A stretch of DNA of 64,000 nucleotides from NCBI GenBank assembly GCA_964249405.1, contig CAXUBX010000002.1, positions 2,958 to 66,957 of the forward strand. The letters run 5' to 3'. Position numbers and translations under genes: made by a program. Below are positions 36,543-46,528 of this stretch, piece by piece. The first letter of the stretch is position 1. The number at the start of each line of letters is the position of its first letter. Source of the DNA: an uncultured Acetobacteraceae bacterium. Its GTDB lineage: Bacteria; Pseudomonadota; Alphaproteobacteria; Acetobacterales; Acetobacteraceae. Below the pieces are notes generated by a model that made no database searches, had not been told where the DNA came from, and saw nothing but the letters and a program-made list of their open reading frames with translations.

Positions 36543-39272
36543 TTGGTGCTCCGTGTCGAGCAGGCGGCGGTCGCCCTCGCCCCGTCCGCCGCGATCGTCG
36601 GCCTCTGGGCCGTCGCGGCACTGGCCGGCGAGGCGGTGTGGCTTCCGGTTCCCGCCGTGGCGCTCTCGACGGCGGCGGCGGCGGCGGCGGTCATCGTGCT
36701 CGCGATCCGGCGGGTCTCGCGGCTGACCCGGCCGTCCGCCGCCGCCCCCCCCCGGCGTCTCGAGATCGCGTCGGCGCTGCCGCATCGCCCGCTGGCCGCG
36801 CTCCGCGACCATCCCGCGCCGACGGCGGCGTTCGCCGGCGCATCGGCGGCGCTCTGGTCCGCGCACCAGGCGCGGCTTGCCGGCAGGCTCGACGGCCTCC
36901 GTGCCGGCTGGCCGCGTCCCCCGCTCGCCACCATCGATCGCTGGCAGCTCCGGTTCGCCATCCCTGCCCTGCTCGTGCTCGGCTTCGCCGGAGCCCGCAG
37001 CCAGTCCGGCAACCTCCTCCTCGCCGCCCTGTTGCCCGGACTAGAACCGAGGCCCGGAGCCGCAGGTCGGATCGAGGCCTGGATCACGCCGCCCGCGTTC
37101 AGCGCCATGGCGCCGGTCTTCCTCCACCCGGACGCCAGCGACGGCGGCGAGCCGCCGCCCGTCCCGGCCGGATCGACGCTCAGCGTCTCGCTGACCGGCA
37201 GCGACGCCGATCCCCGCCTGGTGTTCGACGGTCGTGCCAACGGCCGGCCGCGCTTCCATCGCCTGGCGCCGTCGAGTTGGCAGGCGAGCGCGGTGTTGCG
37301 CCGGTCCACCACGCTCCGGATCCGCCAGGGCGGGCATCTGGTCGCGGCCTGGGATCTCCTGGTGGAGCCGGTCGGTGCACCGAGCGTCGCCTGGGCGTCG
37401 CCACCCGGCGCCTGGCGCGGCGGCTGGCGGACGCGGCTGCCGTGGTCGGTCGGCGACCGGTTCGGGGTGACGGCGCTTCGGGCCGAGCTCCGTCCCGTCC
37501 GGCCCGCCGGCGCGCCGCCGATCGTGGTCGCGATCCCCCTGGAGGGCGAGCCGAAGCACGCCTCGGGAACCGAGCTTCCGGACCTCGTGGCGTCCCCGTT
37601 CGCCGGGACCGAGGTCGACGCGACGCTGCTCGCGACGAACGGCGCCGGCCTCGTCGGGCGGAGCCGGCCGGAACGCTTCACCTTGCCGTCGCGTCCGTTC
37701 CACGACCCGCTGGCACGCGCCGTCCTCGCGGTCCGCCGCCGTCTCGCGCTCGATCCCGGATCGCGACGCGGCGCGGTCTCGGATCTCGAGACCCTCGGCG
37801 ACGTGCCGGGCGCCTTCGCGGGTCGCCTCGGCCTGTTCCTCAACCTCGAGAGCGTGGCGGCGCTGCTGGCGGTCGAGCCCGGGCCGGCCGCGATCGAGGG
37901 CGCCGAGGCGCGGCTCTGGCAGCTGGCGCTGCAGATCGAGGACGCGAAGCGGGGGCGCGCCACGGCCGAGAGCGACCTCGCCCTGCAGTCGGCACGCGAC
38001 GCGGTCGACCGACAGCTCGCCCACATGCGCGAGCTCGGCGCGGCGGGACGAACCGCGCCCGAACAGGCCGAGCTCGCGCGCCGTCTCTCGGCGCTTCGCC
38101 ATGCGCTCGCGTCGCGGATGGCGGCGCTGACCCGCGACGCGCTCCGGAAGGGTCTGGTCCTGCCGCCCGACGCCGGCCGCATGCAGTTCGGAGCGAACGC
38201 GTTCGACCGGATGATGCGCTCGGTGCAGGGCGAGGCGGAAGCGGGCCATGTGGACGATGCCGCCCGGACGCTGTCCCGGATGGAGGATCTCCTCGACCGG
38301 ATGCGCCCGGCGACGGCGGACGACGTGCGGCGGGCGCTGGCGGCGCGGGAAGCGGACACGGCGGCGCGAGCCGACATGGCGGCGGTCGGCGACATGGTGA
38401 AGCGCGAGGCGTCGCTTCTCGATCACGCCCAGAAGCGCCAGGAACAGGCTCGCGAGGAGCGGGGCGACAACGGAAGCGACGGCGCGACTTCTCCCGGTGA
38501 TCTCACGTCGCCCCTGATGGGGGACGGGGCGGATGCCGGTCTTGCCCCGCCAGCCCCGCCCCCGCCTTCACCGCTCTCGACCTCACCGTCGGCGGCCTCG
38601 CCGCCCTCATCCTCCCCCCCTTCGTCCTCGCCGCCGTCGTCCGCGCGCACGAGCGGGCCGGTTGCCGCAGCCGGCGGAGCACCGGGGGGCGGTGCCGACG
38701 CCGCCGCGGCCGCGGCGACCCGGGACGCCGACCGGCGGATCCAGGCCGCGCTGGGCCGAGCCGCCGGTGTCGTCGCCGCGCAGTTCGGCGGCCTCTCCGG
38801 GAAGCCGCCCGACGCGCTGGGCAAGGCTGGAGACGCCATGGCGCGCGCGGTGACGGCGCTCCGGGCCGGCGACGACCACGGCGCGGCCGCGGACGAGCAG
38901 GAGGTGCTGCGCGATCTCCAGCAGGGCGGCAAGCAGATGGCGGCGGCGATGCAGGGCGGCGGCGGCGCCGGATCGGGCGGCGGCGCGCTGCTGCCCGGCT
39001 TCGCCTCGGCGGGTCCGGGCGACGGCGGGGATGACGGGTCCGACGGTGCCGATGACGGCGCCCAGGCGGAAGGTGCGGACCGCGACCCGTTCGGTCGGAA
39101 CGTCGATGGCCAGGGCAAGGGCTCGGCGGACGACACCGAGCTCGCGATCCCCGGCGACGGCGGAAACGCCGAGAGCCGGGCGATCGAGGAGGAACTGCGC
39201 CGGCGGGACAGCGATCGCCAGCGGCCCAGGCCCGAACTCGACTATCTCGGGCGGCTGCTCCAGCCGTTCTGA
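36543..39272 (+). CDS. TIGR02302/DUF4175-like large membrane-anchored protein
   Basis: 909 aa with N-terminal TM segments and a long helical middle region. Pro/Ser/Ala/Gly low-complexity tract (about 38520-38720). Family-like C-terminus (DPFGRN...EEELRRRDSDRQRPRPELDYLGRLLQPF). It sits next to lysA, as this family often does in alphaproteobacteria (from my recollection). Confidence 0.6.
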   Translation: MVLRVEQAAVALAPSAAIVGLWAVAALAGEAVWLPVPAVALSTAAAAAAVIVLAIRRVSRLTRPSAAAPPRRLEIASALPHRPLAALRDHPAPTAAFAGASAALWSAHQARLAGRLDGLRAGWPRPPLATIDRWQLRFAIPALLVLGFAGARSQSGNLLLAALLPGLEPRPGAAGRIEAWITPPAFSAMAPVFLHPDASDGGEPPPVPAGSTLSVSLTGSDADPRLVFDGRANGRPRFHRLAPSSWQASAVLRRSTTLRIRQGGHLVAAWDLLVEPVGAPSVAWASPPGAWRGGWRTRLPWSVGDRFGVTALRAELRPVRPAGAPPIVVAIPLEGEPKHASGTELPDLVASPFAGTEVDATLLATNGAGLVGRSRPERFTLPSRPFHDPLARAVLAVRRRLALDPGSRRGAVSDLETLGDVPGAFAGRLGLFLNLESVAALLAVEPGPAAIEGAEARLWQLALQIEDAKRGRATAESDLALQSARDAVDRQLAHMRELGAAGRTAPEQAELARRLSALRHALASRMAALTRDALRKGLVLPPDAGRMQFGANAFDRMMRSVQGEAEAGHVDDAARTLSRMEDLLDRMRPATADDVRRALAAREADTAARADMAAVGDMVKREASLLDHAQKRQEQAREERGDNGSDGATSPGDLTSPLMGDGADAGLAPPAPPPPSPLSTSPSAASPPSSSPPSSSPPSSARTSGPVAAAGGAPGGGADAAAAAATRDADRRIQAALGRAAGVVAAQFGGLSGKPPDALGKAGDAMARAVTALRAGDDHGAAADEQEVLRDLQQGGKQMAAAMQGGGGAGSGGGALLPGFASAGPGDGGDDGSDGADDGAQAEGADRDPFGRNVDGQGKGSADDTELAIPGDGGNAESRAIEEELRRRDSDRQRPRPELDYLGRLLQPF

Positions 39273-39289
39273 GCGTTCGCGAAGGAACC

Positions 39290-39310
39290 CGCCTCAGGAG
39301 CTCCGAGGCG
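39290..39310. terminator. GC hairpin between convergent TIGR02302-like and ssb genes
   Basis: CGCCTC-aggagctcc-GAGGCG. No U-tract. Confidence 0.3.
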
Positions 39311-39319
39311 ACCGGCTCG

Positions 39320-39850
39320 TCAGAACGGGATCTCGTCGTCGAGGTCGCCGCCGCCGGCACCGGGCGAGTCCCAGCCGCCGCGACCGCCACTGCCGGAAGC
39401 CGGAGCGGGACGCCCTCTCGGCGCCGCCGCGGGGCGGGGCGTGTAGCCTCCCGTGTCGCCCTCGGACGAACCGCCGAACTCGTCTCCCGCGCCGCCCCGG
39501 CCGCTGTCGATCAGCGTGAGCTCGCCGCGGAACCGGTCGATCACCACTTCGGTCGTGTATTTTTCCTGGCCGGACTGGTCCGTCCATTTCCGGGTCTGCA
39601 GGCTACCCTCGACATAGACCTTGCGGCCCTTGCGAAGGAACCGCTCGGCGACGTCCGCGATCCGCTCGTTGAACACCACGACGCGGTGCCACTCGGTCCG
39701 CTCGCGCTTCTCGCCCGAGGCCCGATCGTTCCAGGTCTCGCTGGTGGCGAGCGTGAAGTTCACGATCTTGGTGCCGTTCTGGGCGTTCCGGACCTCGGGA
39801 TCCTTCCCGAGATTGCCGACCAGGATGACCTTGTTGACGCTGCCCGCCAT
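39320..39850 (-). CDS. ssb: Single-stranded DNA-binding protein
   Basis: [30 protein letters not shown], a Gly-rich linker and the acidic tip DLDDEIPF. Confidence 0.95.
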   Translation of the reverse strand: MAGSVNKVILVGNLGKDPEVRNAQNGTKIVNFTLATSETWNDRASGEKRERTEWHRVVVFNERIADVAERFLRKGRKVYVEGSLQTRKWTDQSGQEKYTTEVVIDRFRGELTLIDSGRGGAGDEFGGSSEGDTGGYTPRPAAAPRGRPAPASGSGGRGGWDSPGAGGGDLDDEIPF

Positions 39851-39880
39851 CGGCTCGCTTCCCCCTTCCAGGCTTTCGTT

Positions 39881-39903
39881 CCGGCTGCGACACTAGCAGC
39901 CGG
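39881..39903. promoter_or_regulatory. Inverted repeat CCGGCTGC-gacacta-GCAGCCGG in the ssb-uvrA divergent spacer
   Basis: Perfect 8-bp arms with a 7-nt spacer. The left arm is preceded by GTT, so GTTC overlaps it. Function unknown. Confidence 0.25.
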
Positions 39904-40003
39904 CTCGCCGCTTTTCTAGGACGCCAGCCGGCCCGCGTCGAACCTTGCGTCCCCTCCTGACGCGCACCAATTCGGACCGGCATCGAGCGGACGGGAACGA
40001 GGG

Positions 40004-42892
40004 ATGGCGGGGAGCATCCGCGTGCGCGGCGCGCGAGAGCACAATCTCAAGAACATCGACGTCGAAATCCCCCGCGATAAGCTGACCGTCATCACCGGAC
40101 TGTCCGGATCCGGAAAGTCCTCGCTCGCCTTCGACACCATCTACGCGGAAGGCCAACGACGCTACGTCGAGAGCCTGTCGGCCTATGCGAGGCAGTTCCT
40201 GGAGCTTGCGGGCAAGCCGGACGTGGACGCGATCGAGGGCCTGTCGCCCGCGATCTCGATCGAGCAGAAGACCACCAGCAGGAACCCGCGCTCCACCGTC
40301 GGCACGGTGACCGAGATCCACGACTACATGCGCCTCCTCTGGGCGCGGGCCGGCGTGCCGCACTCGCCGGCGACCGGACTGCCGATCGAGGCGCAGACGG
40401 TCAGCCAGATGGTGGACCGCGTGCTGGCGATGCCGGAGGGCACGCGGCTGATGCTGCTGGCGGCCGTGGTGCGCGACCGGAAGGGCGAATACCGCAAGGA
40501 ACTCGCCGACCTGCAGCGACGCGGCTTCACCCGGGTCAAGGTGGACGGCACGCTGCACGAGATCGGCGAGGTGCCGGCGCTCAACCGCAAGCTCAAGCAC
40601 ACGATCGAGGCGGTGATCGACCGCGTCGTGGTCAAGGACGGGCTCGCCGCGCGGCTCGCGGACAGTTTCGAGAGCGGGCTCGCCCTCGGCGACGGCATCG
40701 TCTACGCCGAGGAGGTCGCTCGCGGCGAGGCGAAGGACCCGCCGCGGCGGACCGTGTTCTCGTCCCGCTTCGCCTGTCCGGTCTCGGGCTTCACCATCGA
40801 GGAGATCGAGCCGCGGCTGTTCTCGTTCAACTCGCCGCAGGGTGCGTGCCCGGTCTGCGACGGGCTCGGTTCGGAGAGCTTCTTCGACGCCCGGCTGGTG
40901 GTCCCCGACGAGCGGATCAGCCTGCTCGACGGCGCGATCGCACCCTGGCGCGGCTCGCAGAGCCCGTACTACGACCAGACCCTCGCCTCGCTCACCCGGC
41001 ACTTCAAGGTGCCGATGTCGACGCCGTGGTCGATGCTGCCGGCACGGGTCCGGGACGCGCTGCTGCACGGCACGGCCGATGCGCCCGTCCCGTTCACCTA
41101 CAAGGACGACGTGCGCTCCTACACGGTGACCAAGCCGTTCGAGGGCGTGCTGAAGAACCTCGAGCGGCGCTGGAAGGAGACCGACAGCGCCTGGGTCCGC
41201 GAGGAGCTGTCGCGCTACCAGGGCGAGAAGCCCTGTGCGGCCTGCGGCGGCAAGCGACTGAAGCCGCAGGCGCTGTCGGTCAAGATCGCGGGTCTCGACA
41301 TCGCCGAGAGCTCCGAGATGCCGATCCGGCGCGCGCTCGACTGGTTCGGCGGCGTGGACGCGACGCTGAACCCGCAGCGACGGGCGATCGCGACCCGGAT
41401 CCTGCGCGAGATCACCGAGCGCCTCCGCTTCCTCGACGATGTCGGCCTCGAATACCTCACGCTGTCGCGGGGCTCGGCCACGCTCTCGGGTGGCGAGAGC
41501 CAGCGCATCCGGCTCGCGAGCCAGATCGGGTCGGGACTCACCGGCGTGCTCTACGTGCTCGACGAACCCTCGATCGGGCTGCATCAGCGCGACAACGAGC
41601 GGCTGCTCGGCACGCTCCGCCGGCTGCGCGACCTCGGCAACACGGTGCTCGTGGTCGAGCACGACGAGGACGCGATCCGGGCCGCCGACCACCTGATCGA
41701 CATGGGGCCGGCCGCCGGAGCGCATGGCGGCGAGGTCATCGCCTCGGGAACGCCGGAGGCGGTCGCCGCCCACCAGACCTCGCTGACCGGCGCCTACCTC
41801 TCGGGACGACGCTCGATCGCGGTGCCCGCCCGCCGCCGACCCACCGATCCGAAACGCACGCTCACGCTGACCGGGGCGCGCGGCAACAACCTCAAGGACG
41901 TGACCGCCCGGATCCCGCTCGGGACGTTCACCTGCGTCACCGGCGTCTCGGGCGGCGGCAAGTCGACGCTGATCGTGGACACCCTGTTCAAGGCGGTGTC
42001 GCGGCGGCTTATGGGCTCGGGGGAGATCCCCTCGCCGTTCGAGCGCCTCGAAGGGCTGGAGCTGATCGACAAGATCATCGACATCGACCAGTCGCCGATC
42101 GGGCGGACGCCGCGTTCGAATCCCGCGACCTACACGGACCTGTTCGGCCCGATCCGGGACTGGTTCGCCGAGCTCCCGGAGAGCCGCGCGCGCGGCTACA
42201 AGTCCGGCCGCTTCTCGTTCAACGTGAAGGGCGGACGCTGCGAGGCCTGCCAGGGCGACGGCGTGATCAAGATCGAGATGCACTTCCTGCCGGACGTCTA
42301 CGTCACCTGCGATGTCTGCCGCGGCCAGCGCTACAACCGCGAGACGCTCGAGATCCGGTTCCGCGGCCGCTCGATCGCGGAGATCCTGGAGCTCAGCGTC
42401 TCGGAGGCGGTGCCGCTGTTCTCGGCGGTGAGCCGCATCCACGACCGGCTGCTCGTGCTGGAGCGGGTCGGCCTCGGCTACGTGAAGCTCGGCCAGCAGG
42501 CGACCACGCTGTCGGGGGGCGAGGCACAGCGCATCAAGCTCGCGAAAGAGCTCGCGCGCCGCGCCACGGGACGCACCCTCTACATCCTCGACGAGCCGAC
42601 CACCGGGCTCCACTCCGAGGACGTGCGCAAGCTGCTTGAGCTGCTGCACGCGCTGGTCGAGGCGGGCAACACGGTGCTGGTGATCGAGCACAATCTCGAC
42701 GTCATCAAGACCGCCGACTGGATCCTCGATCTCGGGCCGGAAGGCGGCGATGGCGGCGGCCGCATCGTGGTGGAGGGCACGCCCGAGATGGTGGCCGCCA
42801 CCCCGGGCAGCCACACCGCCCGGTTCCTCGCCCCGCTGCTCCCGGCACCGGAAGCGACGCCGCGCCGTCGGGTCGGATCGCGTCGCGGCTGA
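40004..42892 (+). CDS. uvrA: Excinuclease ABC subunit A
   Basis: 962 aa. N-terminus [54 protein letters not shown], and a second ABC module [10 protein letters not shown]. Confidence 0.97.
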   Translation: MAGSIRVRGAREHNLKNIDVEIPRDKLTVITGLSGSGKSSLAFDTIYAEGQRRYVESLSAYARQFLELAGKPDVDAIEGLSPAISIEQKTTSRNPRSTVGTVTEIHDYMRLLWARAGVPHSPATGLPIEAQTVSQMVDRVLAMPEGTRLMLLAAVVRDRKGEYRKELADLQRRGFTRVKVDGTLHEIGEVPALNRKLKHTIEAVIDRVVVKDGLAARLADSFESGLALGDGIVYAEEVARGEAKDPPRRTVFSSRFACPVSGFTIEEIEPRLFSFNSPQGACPVCDGLGSESFFDARLVVPDERISLLDGAIAPWRGSQSPYYDQTLASLTRHFKVPMSTPWSMLPARVRDALLHGTADAPVPFTYKDDVRSYTVTKPFEGVLKNLERRWKETDSAWVREELSRYQGEKPCAACGGKRLKPQALSVKIAGLDIAESSEMPIRRALDWFGGVDATLNPQRRAIATRILREITERLRFLDDVGLEYLTLSRGSATLSGGESQRIRLASQIGSGLTGVLYVLDEPSIGLHQRDNERLLGTLRRLRDLGNTVLVVEHDEDAIRAADHLIDMGPAAGAHGGEVIASGTPEAVAAHQTSLTGAYLSGRRSIAVPARRRPTDPKRTLTLTGARGNNLKDVTARIPLGTFTCVTGVSGGGKSTLIVDTLFKAVSRRLMGSGEIPSPFERLEGLELIDKIIDIDQSPIGRTPRSNPATYTDLFGPIRDWFAELPESRARGYKSGRFSFNVKGGRCEACQGDGVIKIEMHFLPDVYVTCDVCRGQRYNRETLEIRFRGRSIAEILELSVSEAVPLFSAVSRIHDRLLVLERVGLGYVKLGQQATTLSGGEAQRIKLAKELARRATGRTLYILDEPTTGLHSEDVRKLLELLHALVEAGNTVLVIEHNLDVIKTADWILDLGPEGGDGGGRIVVEGTPEMVAATPGSHTARFLAPLLPAPEATPRRRVGSRRG

Positions 42893-42929
42893 CGCCGGTC
42901 CACCCACGCCCGGCGCCGGCGGGCCTCGG

Positions 42930-44951
42930 TCAGGCCACGACCGGCAGCTTCGGCTCGACCTGAACGCCCCGCGACAGGTCGAGGGCCGCGTTGACCGCCT
43001 CCCGGAGCGAGGAGACCGAGAGGTCGGCACCGGTCATGCCCCGCAGATCCTCGTCCGCCAGGAGCGGGTCATCGGCCGGCCAGAGCCCGATCACGAACGT
43101 CGCGTCGGGGAAGTGCCCGCGCAGCCTCCGCAGCAGGTAGCGGAGATGGGTCTGCTTGCCGGTGATCTCGAGATAGGACACGCACACCATGGCGACGCCC
43201 GCGCGCGGGATCGCGGGGAGTGCGGCGCGCGACACCCCGGCGTGGTCGATCACCCGCGCGCCGATCCCGTGCTTCCGCATCAGCTGGGCCAGCATGAGCG
43301 CCGCCGCCTCGTCGAGCGGTCCCCGACCCGACACGCAGAGGACCGGCGTCTCGCCCCGCCAGACCGGCGCCCTGTCTTCCGGGCGCACCGCCCCGCCGTT
43401 CGGGGCTTGCTCCTGCCCGACCCGTCGTTCCGGCCGGTCGAGCCCGGCGACCCCGTCGTCGGGACGTCCGCTCGGAGGCGGGTCGTCATCGTCGTGGCCG
43501 TCGAGATCGGAGACCAGCTCCGCGACCGCCTCGCGGATCACCGAGAGCCGTTCCTCCGGAAGCGTTCCCCGCGCGTGGTCCGAGGCGGCGAGCTGCAACG
43601 CCTTGAGCGCGACGTCGTCGTAGTACGACGAGAGCGCGCGGGCCCGGAGCAGCGCCTCGGCCTGCTCGAGCACCTCGTCCGTGTCGCCAGCCAGCATGCG
43701 CTGGTAGAACCCCTCAATCGGCGTCAGCGCCGGCCGGTCGCCGAGCAGCACGTCGAGGAATTCGAGCCGCTTCACGTGGCGGCCGAGCACCACCAGGCAG
43801 AGCGTGATCGGTGTCGACAGGATCAGCCCGATCGGCCCCCAGATCCAGCTCCAGAAGATCGCAACGATGATCACCGCGGCCGGCGAGAGCCCGGTGCTGT
43901 GGCCATAGACCATCGGCTCGACCGCCTGGCCGACGATGGCTTCGACGACCACGAACAGCGCCACCGTCTCGAGCGCCATCGCCCAGCCCGGCTCGACCGC
44001 CGCCGCCAGCATCGCCGGCAGCAGCCCCGCGATGAAGGACCCGACATAGGGCACGAAGCGCAGCAGCATGCCGACCACGCCCCAGAGGATCGGGCTCGGC
44101 ACGCCGATGATCGTGAGCCCGATGCCGACGACGACGCCGAACGAGGCGTTCACCGCGAGCTGCGACAGGAAGTAGCGCGACAGCCGGCGCGCCGCGTCGT
44201 CGATCGCCAGCGTGGTCCGGTGGAGGTCGGACGAGCCGAACAGGCGGATCACCCGGTCCCGCAGGTCCTCCTGCTGGAGCAGCACGAACACCGCGACCAC
44301 GATCACGATGCCGAACGTCTCGAACGGCGCCAGCACGGGGCCGAGAAAGCGGTGGAGCAGCGCGAGCGGCGACGGCGCCCCGTTCTCGATCGTGACGGGC
44401 ATCGCCCGCGAGCCGCCGCGCGCGTGGCCGGCCGCGCCCGGCGCCGGAGACGGGCCGCCGACATTGCGGCCGGCGACCCGGGAGAGGTCGGCGATCACCC
44501 GGTCGGCACGGGACGCGGCGAAATCCTGGACGCTGGCGACCTTGGTCTCGATCGTCGCCTGGTAGGAGGATGCGTTCTCGGCCAGTCCCGCCACCTGGGT
44601 GCCGATCAGCGCCCCCAGCATCAGGATGAGGGCGAAGGCGACCGTGACCGAGAGCAGGACCGATGGCACCTTCGGCAGTCCGATCCGGCGAAGCGTCCGG
44701 ACCAGGGGCGCGAGCACGAAGCTCAGCAGCACGGACAGCGTGATCGGGACCAGGACCTGCTGGCCGAGGTAGAGCGCCGCGATCACGACGACACCGACGG
44801 CGAGGCCGAGCAGGCCGCCCGGGTTCGGCGTTTCGGCGGCGGGCACGCGCGCGCGGGGCAGAGGCAGCACGGTCTGCGGATTGGCCACTTCACGCCCTTT
44901 CCGGCTTCCGGGACGAACGGATCCCGGAACGATCCTGATGGAAAGCGGCAA
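42930..44951 (-). CDS. AI-2E (PerM/UPF0118) family transporter with a roughly 290-aa cytoplasmic C-terminal extension
   Basis: Multi-TM core with ...LRFVPYVGSFIAG... and ...WGPIGLILSTPITLCLVVLG. The C-terminal soluble region contains a Rossmann/flavodoxin-like stretch (VLCVSGRGPLDEAAALMLAQLMRKHGIGARVI). The start is uncertain, possibly an internal GTG near 44890. Confidence 0.75.
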   Translation of the reverse strand: MPLSIRIVPGSVRPGSRKGREVANPQTVLPLPRARVPAAETPNPGGLLGLAVGVVVIAALYLGQQVLVPITLSVLLSFVLAPLVRTLRRIGLPKVPSVLLSVTVAFALILMLGALIGTQVAGLAENASSYQATIETKVASVQDFAASRADRVIADLSRVAGRNVGGPSPAPGAAGHARGGSRAMPVTIENGAPSPLALLHRFLGPVLAPFETFGIVIVVAVFVLLQQEDLRDRVIRLFGSSDLHRTTLAIDDAARRLSRYFLSQLAVNASFGVVVGIGLTIIGVPSPILWGVVGMLLRFVPYVGSFIAGLLPAMLAAAVEPGWAMALETVALFVVVEAIVGQAVEPMVYGHSTGLSPAAVIIVAIFWSWIWGPIGLILSTPITLCLVVLGRHVKRLEFLDVLLGDRPALTPIEGFYQRMLAGDTDEVLEQAEALLRARALSSYYDDVALKALQLAASDHARGTLPEERLSVIREAVAELVSDLDGHDDDDPPPSGRPDDGVAGLDRPERRVGQEQAPNGGAVRPEDRAPVWRGETPVLCVSGRGPLDEAAALMLAQLMRKHGIGARVIDHAGVSRAALPAIPRAGVAMVCVSYLEITGKQTHLRYLLRRLRGHFPDATFVIGLWPADDPLLADEDLRGMTGADLSVSSLREAVNAALDLSRGVQVEPKLPVVA

Positions 44952-44965
44952 CCGGACCGACGGTT

Positions 44966-45697
44966 TCAGGCCGACCCGAGGAGAGATGCGAGATCGAGAC
45001 AGTCCCGCGCCGCGAGTCCGGTGCAGGCGGGCGGCCTCGCGTCGTTCGGCGCCGTCCCGAACTCCAGCGGCCGGTCGATGAAGATCGCCTGCATGCCCTC
45101 GCCGTGCGCCGCCTCGAGATCGTACGGGTGGGAGGCGACCATCGCGATCCGGTCGGGCGGCAGCCCGAGCGCCCTGATGGCGAGACGGTACATGCGCCTG
45201 TCCGGCTTGAAGGCGTCGATGAGGTCACTCGTCAGCAGCGCGTGGAAGGCGAGATCGTGTCGGGCGCTCATCGCGAGCGTGGCGGCGAAGCCGCCGTTGG
45301 TCAGCGCCACCAGCCTGAACCGCCGGCGGAGCCGACGCAGGCCGTCGGCCGTGTCGGGCCAAGGCTCGAGCGCGGTCCAGATCTCGGTGAGGGCGTCCCG
45401 TGCCGCCGGCTCGATCCGGCCGGACAGCCCGGCCGCCTCGAGCACCTCGTCTAGTCCTTCCCGATAGATCGTCGCGGTCGGCACGAACCCGCGTCCGCCG
45501 CTTGTGACCCGCTCCATGCCGGCGAAGTAGGTGCGTCGCCAATGGTTGGTCAGCGCCGCGACATCCACGCTCGCCGCTTCCCGCTCGACGAGCGCCGTCG
45601 TGAACGCCCGGCTGACCGGTGTGAAGAAGTCGAGCAGCGTTCCCTGCACGTCGAACACGAGGGCATCGATCGCGGCCGGATCGATCGCGCGGCTCAC
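44966..45697 (-). CDS. HAD-superfamily hydrolase (haloacid dehalogenase type II-like)
   Basis: ALVFDVQGTLLDF (DxxGT motif I), ALTNG and a late acidic motif. The GTG start at 45697 overlaps the upstream stop (GTGA). Confidence 0.75.
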   Translation of the reverse strand: MSRAIDPAAIDALVFDVQGTLLDFFTPVSRAFTTALVEREAASVDVAALTNHWRRTYFAGMERVTSGGRGFVPTATIYREGLDEVLEAAGLSGRIEPAARDALTEIWTALEPWPDTADGLRRLRRRFRLVALTNGGFAATLAMSARHDLAFHALLTSDLIDAFKPDRRMYRLAIRALGLPPDRIAMVASHPYDLEAAHGEGMQAIFIDRPLEFGTAPNDARPPACTGLAARDCLDLASLLGSA

Positions 45698-46476
45698 GGG
45701 GACGGCTCCTGCTTTGCGGCGTGGCCGAACGCGCGGCCGAGACTGGAGACGAGTTCGGTCGGGATCAGCACCGTCGCCCCTCGATCCTTGTTCATCTCGA
45801 ACAGCAGGTTCATCTGCCGGAGCGCCAGCGCCGCCGGATTGACGGCGTAGAGTTCGGCCGCGCGGCCGATCTCGACCGCGACCGCCGCCTCGGCCGACGC
45901 CAGCGTCACGCGCGCATCGCGCTCCCGCTCGGCCTGCGCCTGCCGGCTCATCGCGTCCTGCAGGCTTGCCGGAATGATGACGTCGCGGATCTCGACCGAG
46001 CGCACGGCGACCCCCCAGCCGGCGATCTTCCGGCCGATCGTCGCCTGGAGCTGGGCGTCCGCGGCCTGACGGTCGGACAGCAGCTTGCCGAGGTCGGACG
46101 CTCCGATCATCTCGCGCAGGCTGGTCTGTGCCACGCTCTCGATCGCGCGCGCATAGTCGCGGATCGCCAGCGCCGCCCGTGCCGCGTCCTCCACCTGCCA
46201 GAAGATGATCGCGTCCACCCCGACCGCGACCGTGTCCCGGGTCAGCGCCTGTTCGGCGGTGATATTGGCGGTCTGGATCCTGAGATCGATCAGGGCGGCG
46301 ACCTGGTCGATGAACGGGATCAGCACGTAGAAGCCGGGGCCGCGCACGCCGGTGAAGCGGCCGAGCCGGAGCACGATCGCCCGCTGCCACTCCCGGGCCA
46401 CCCGGAACGACAGCCAGAGCAGCACCACCACGATGGCGACGGGCACGATGACGACGAGCGGAAGCGCGGGGTTCAT
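45694..46476 (-). CDS. SPFH/band-7 (slipin/stomatin-like) protein
   Basis: 260 aa. N-terminal TM (LPLVVIVPVAIVVVLLWL), then EWQRAIVLRLGRFTGVRGPGFYVLIPFID...TRDTV...IRDVIIP. Confidence 0.85.
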   Translation of the reverse strand: MNPALPLVVIVPVAIVVVLLWLSFRVAREWQRAIVLRLGRFTGVRGPGFYVLIPFIDQVAALIDLRIQTANITAEQALTRDTVAVGVDAIIFWQVEDAARAALAIRDYARAIESVAQTSLREMIGASDLGKLLSDRQAADAQLQATIGRKIAGWGVAVRSVEIRDVIIPASLQDAMSRQAQAERERDARVTLASAEAAVAVEIGRAAELYAVNPAALALRQMNLLFEMNKDRGATVLIPTELVSSLGRAFGHAAKQEPSP

Positions 46477-46528
46477 GGCGACGATCGGCTGCTGATGAGC
46501 CGGACCAACGCGACGAGGCCCTGTTCGT

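Noticed and set aside
38520-38720. Repetitive Pro/Ser-coding DNA that looked like a tandem repeat or VNTR.
   Set aside because: It is in-frame low-complexity coding sequence within the TIGR02302-like ORF (SPPSSSPPSSSPPSS). It is not a precise DNA tandem repeat.
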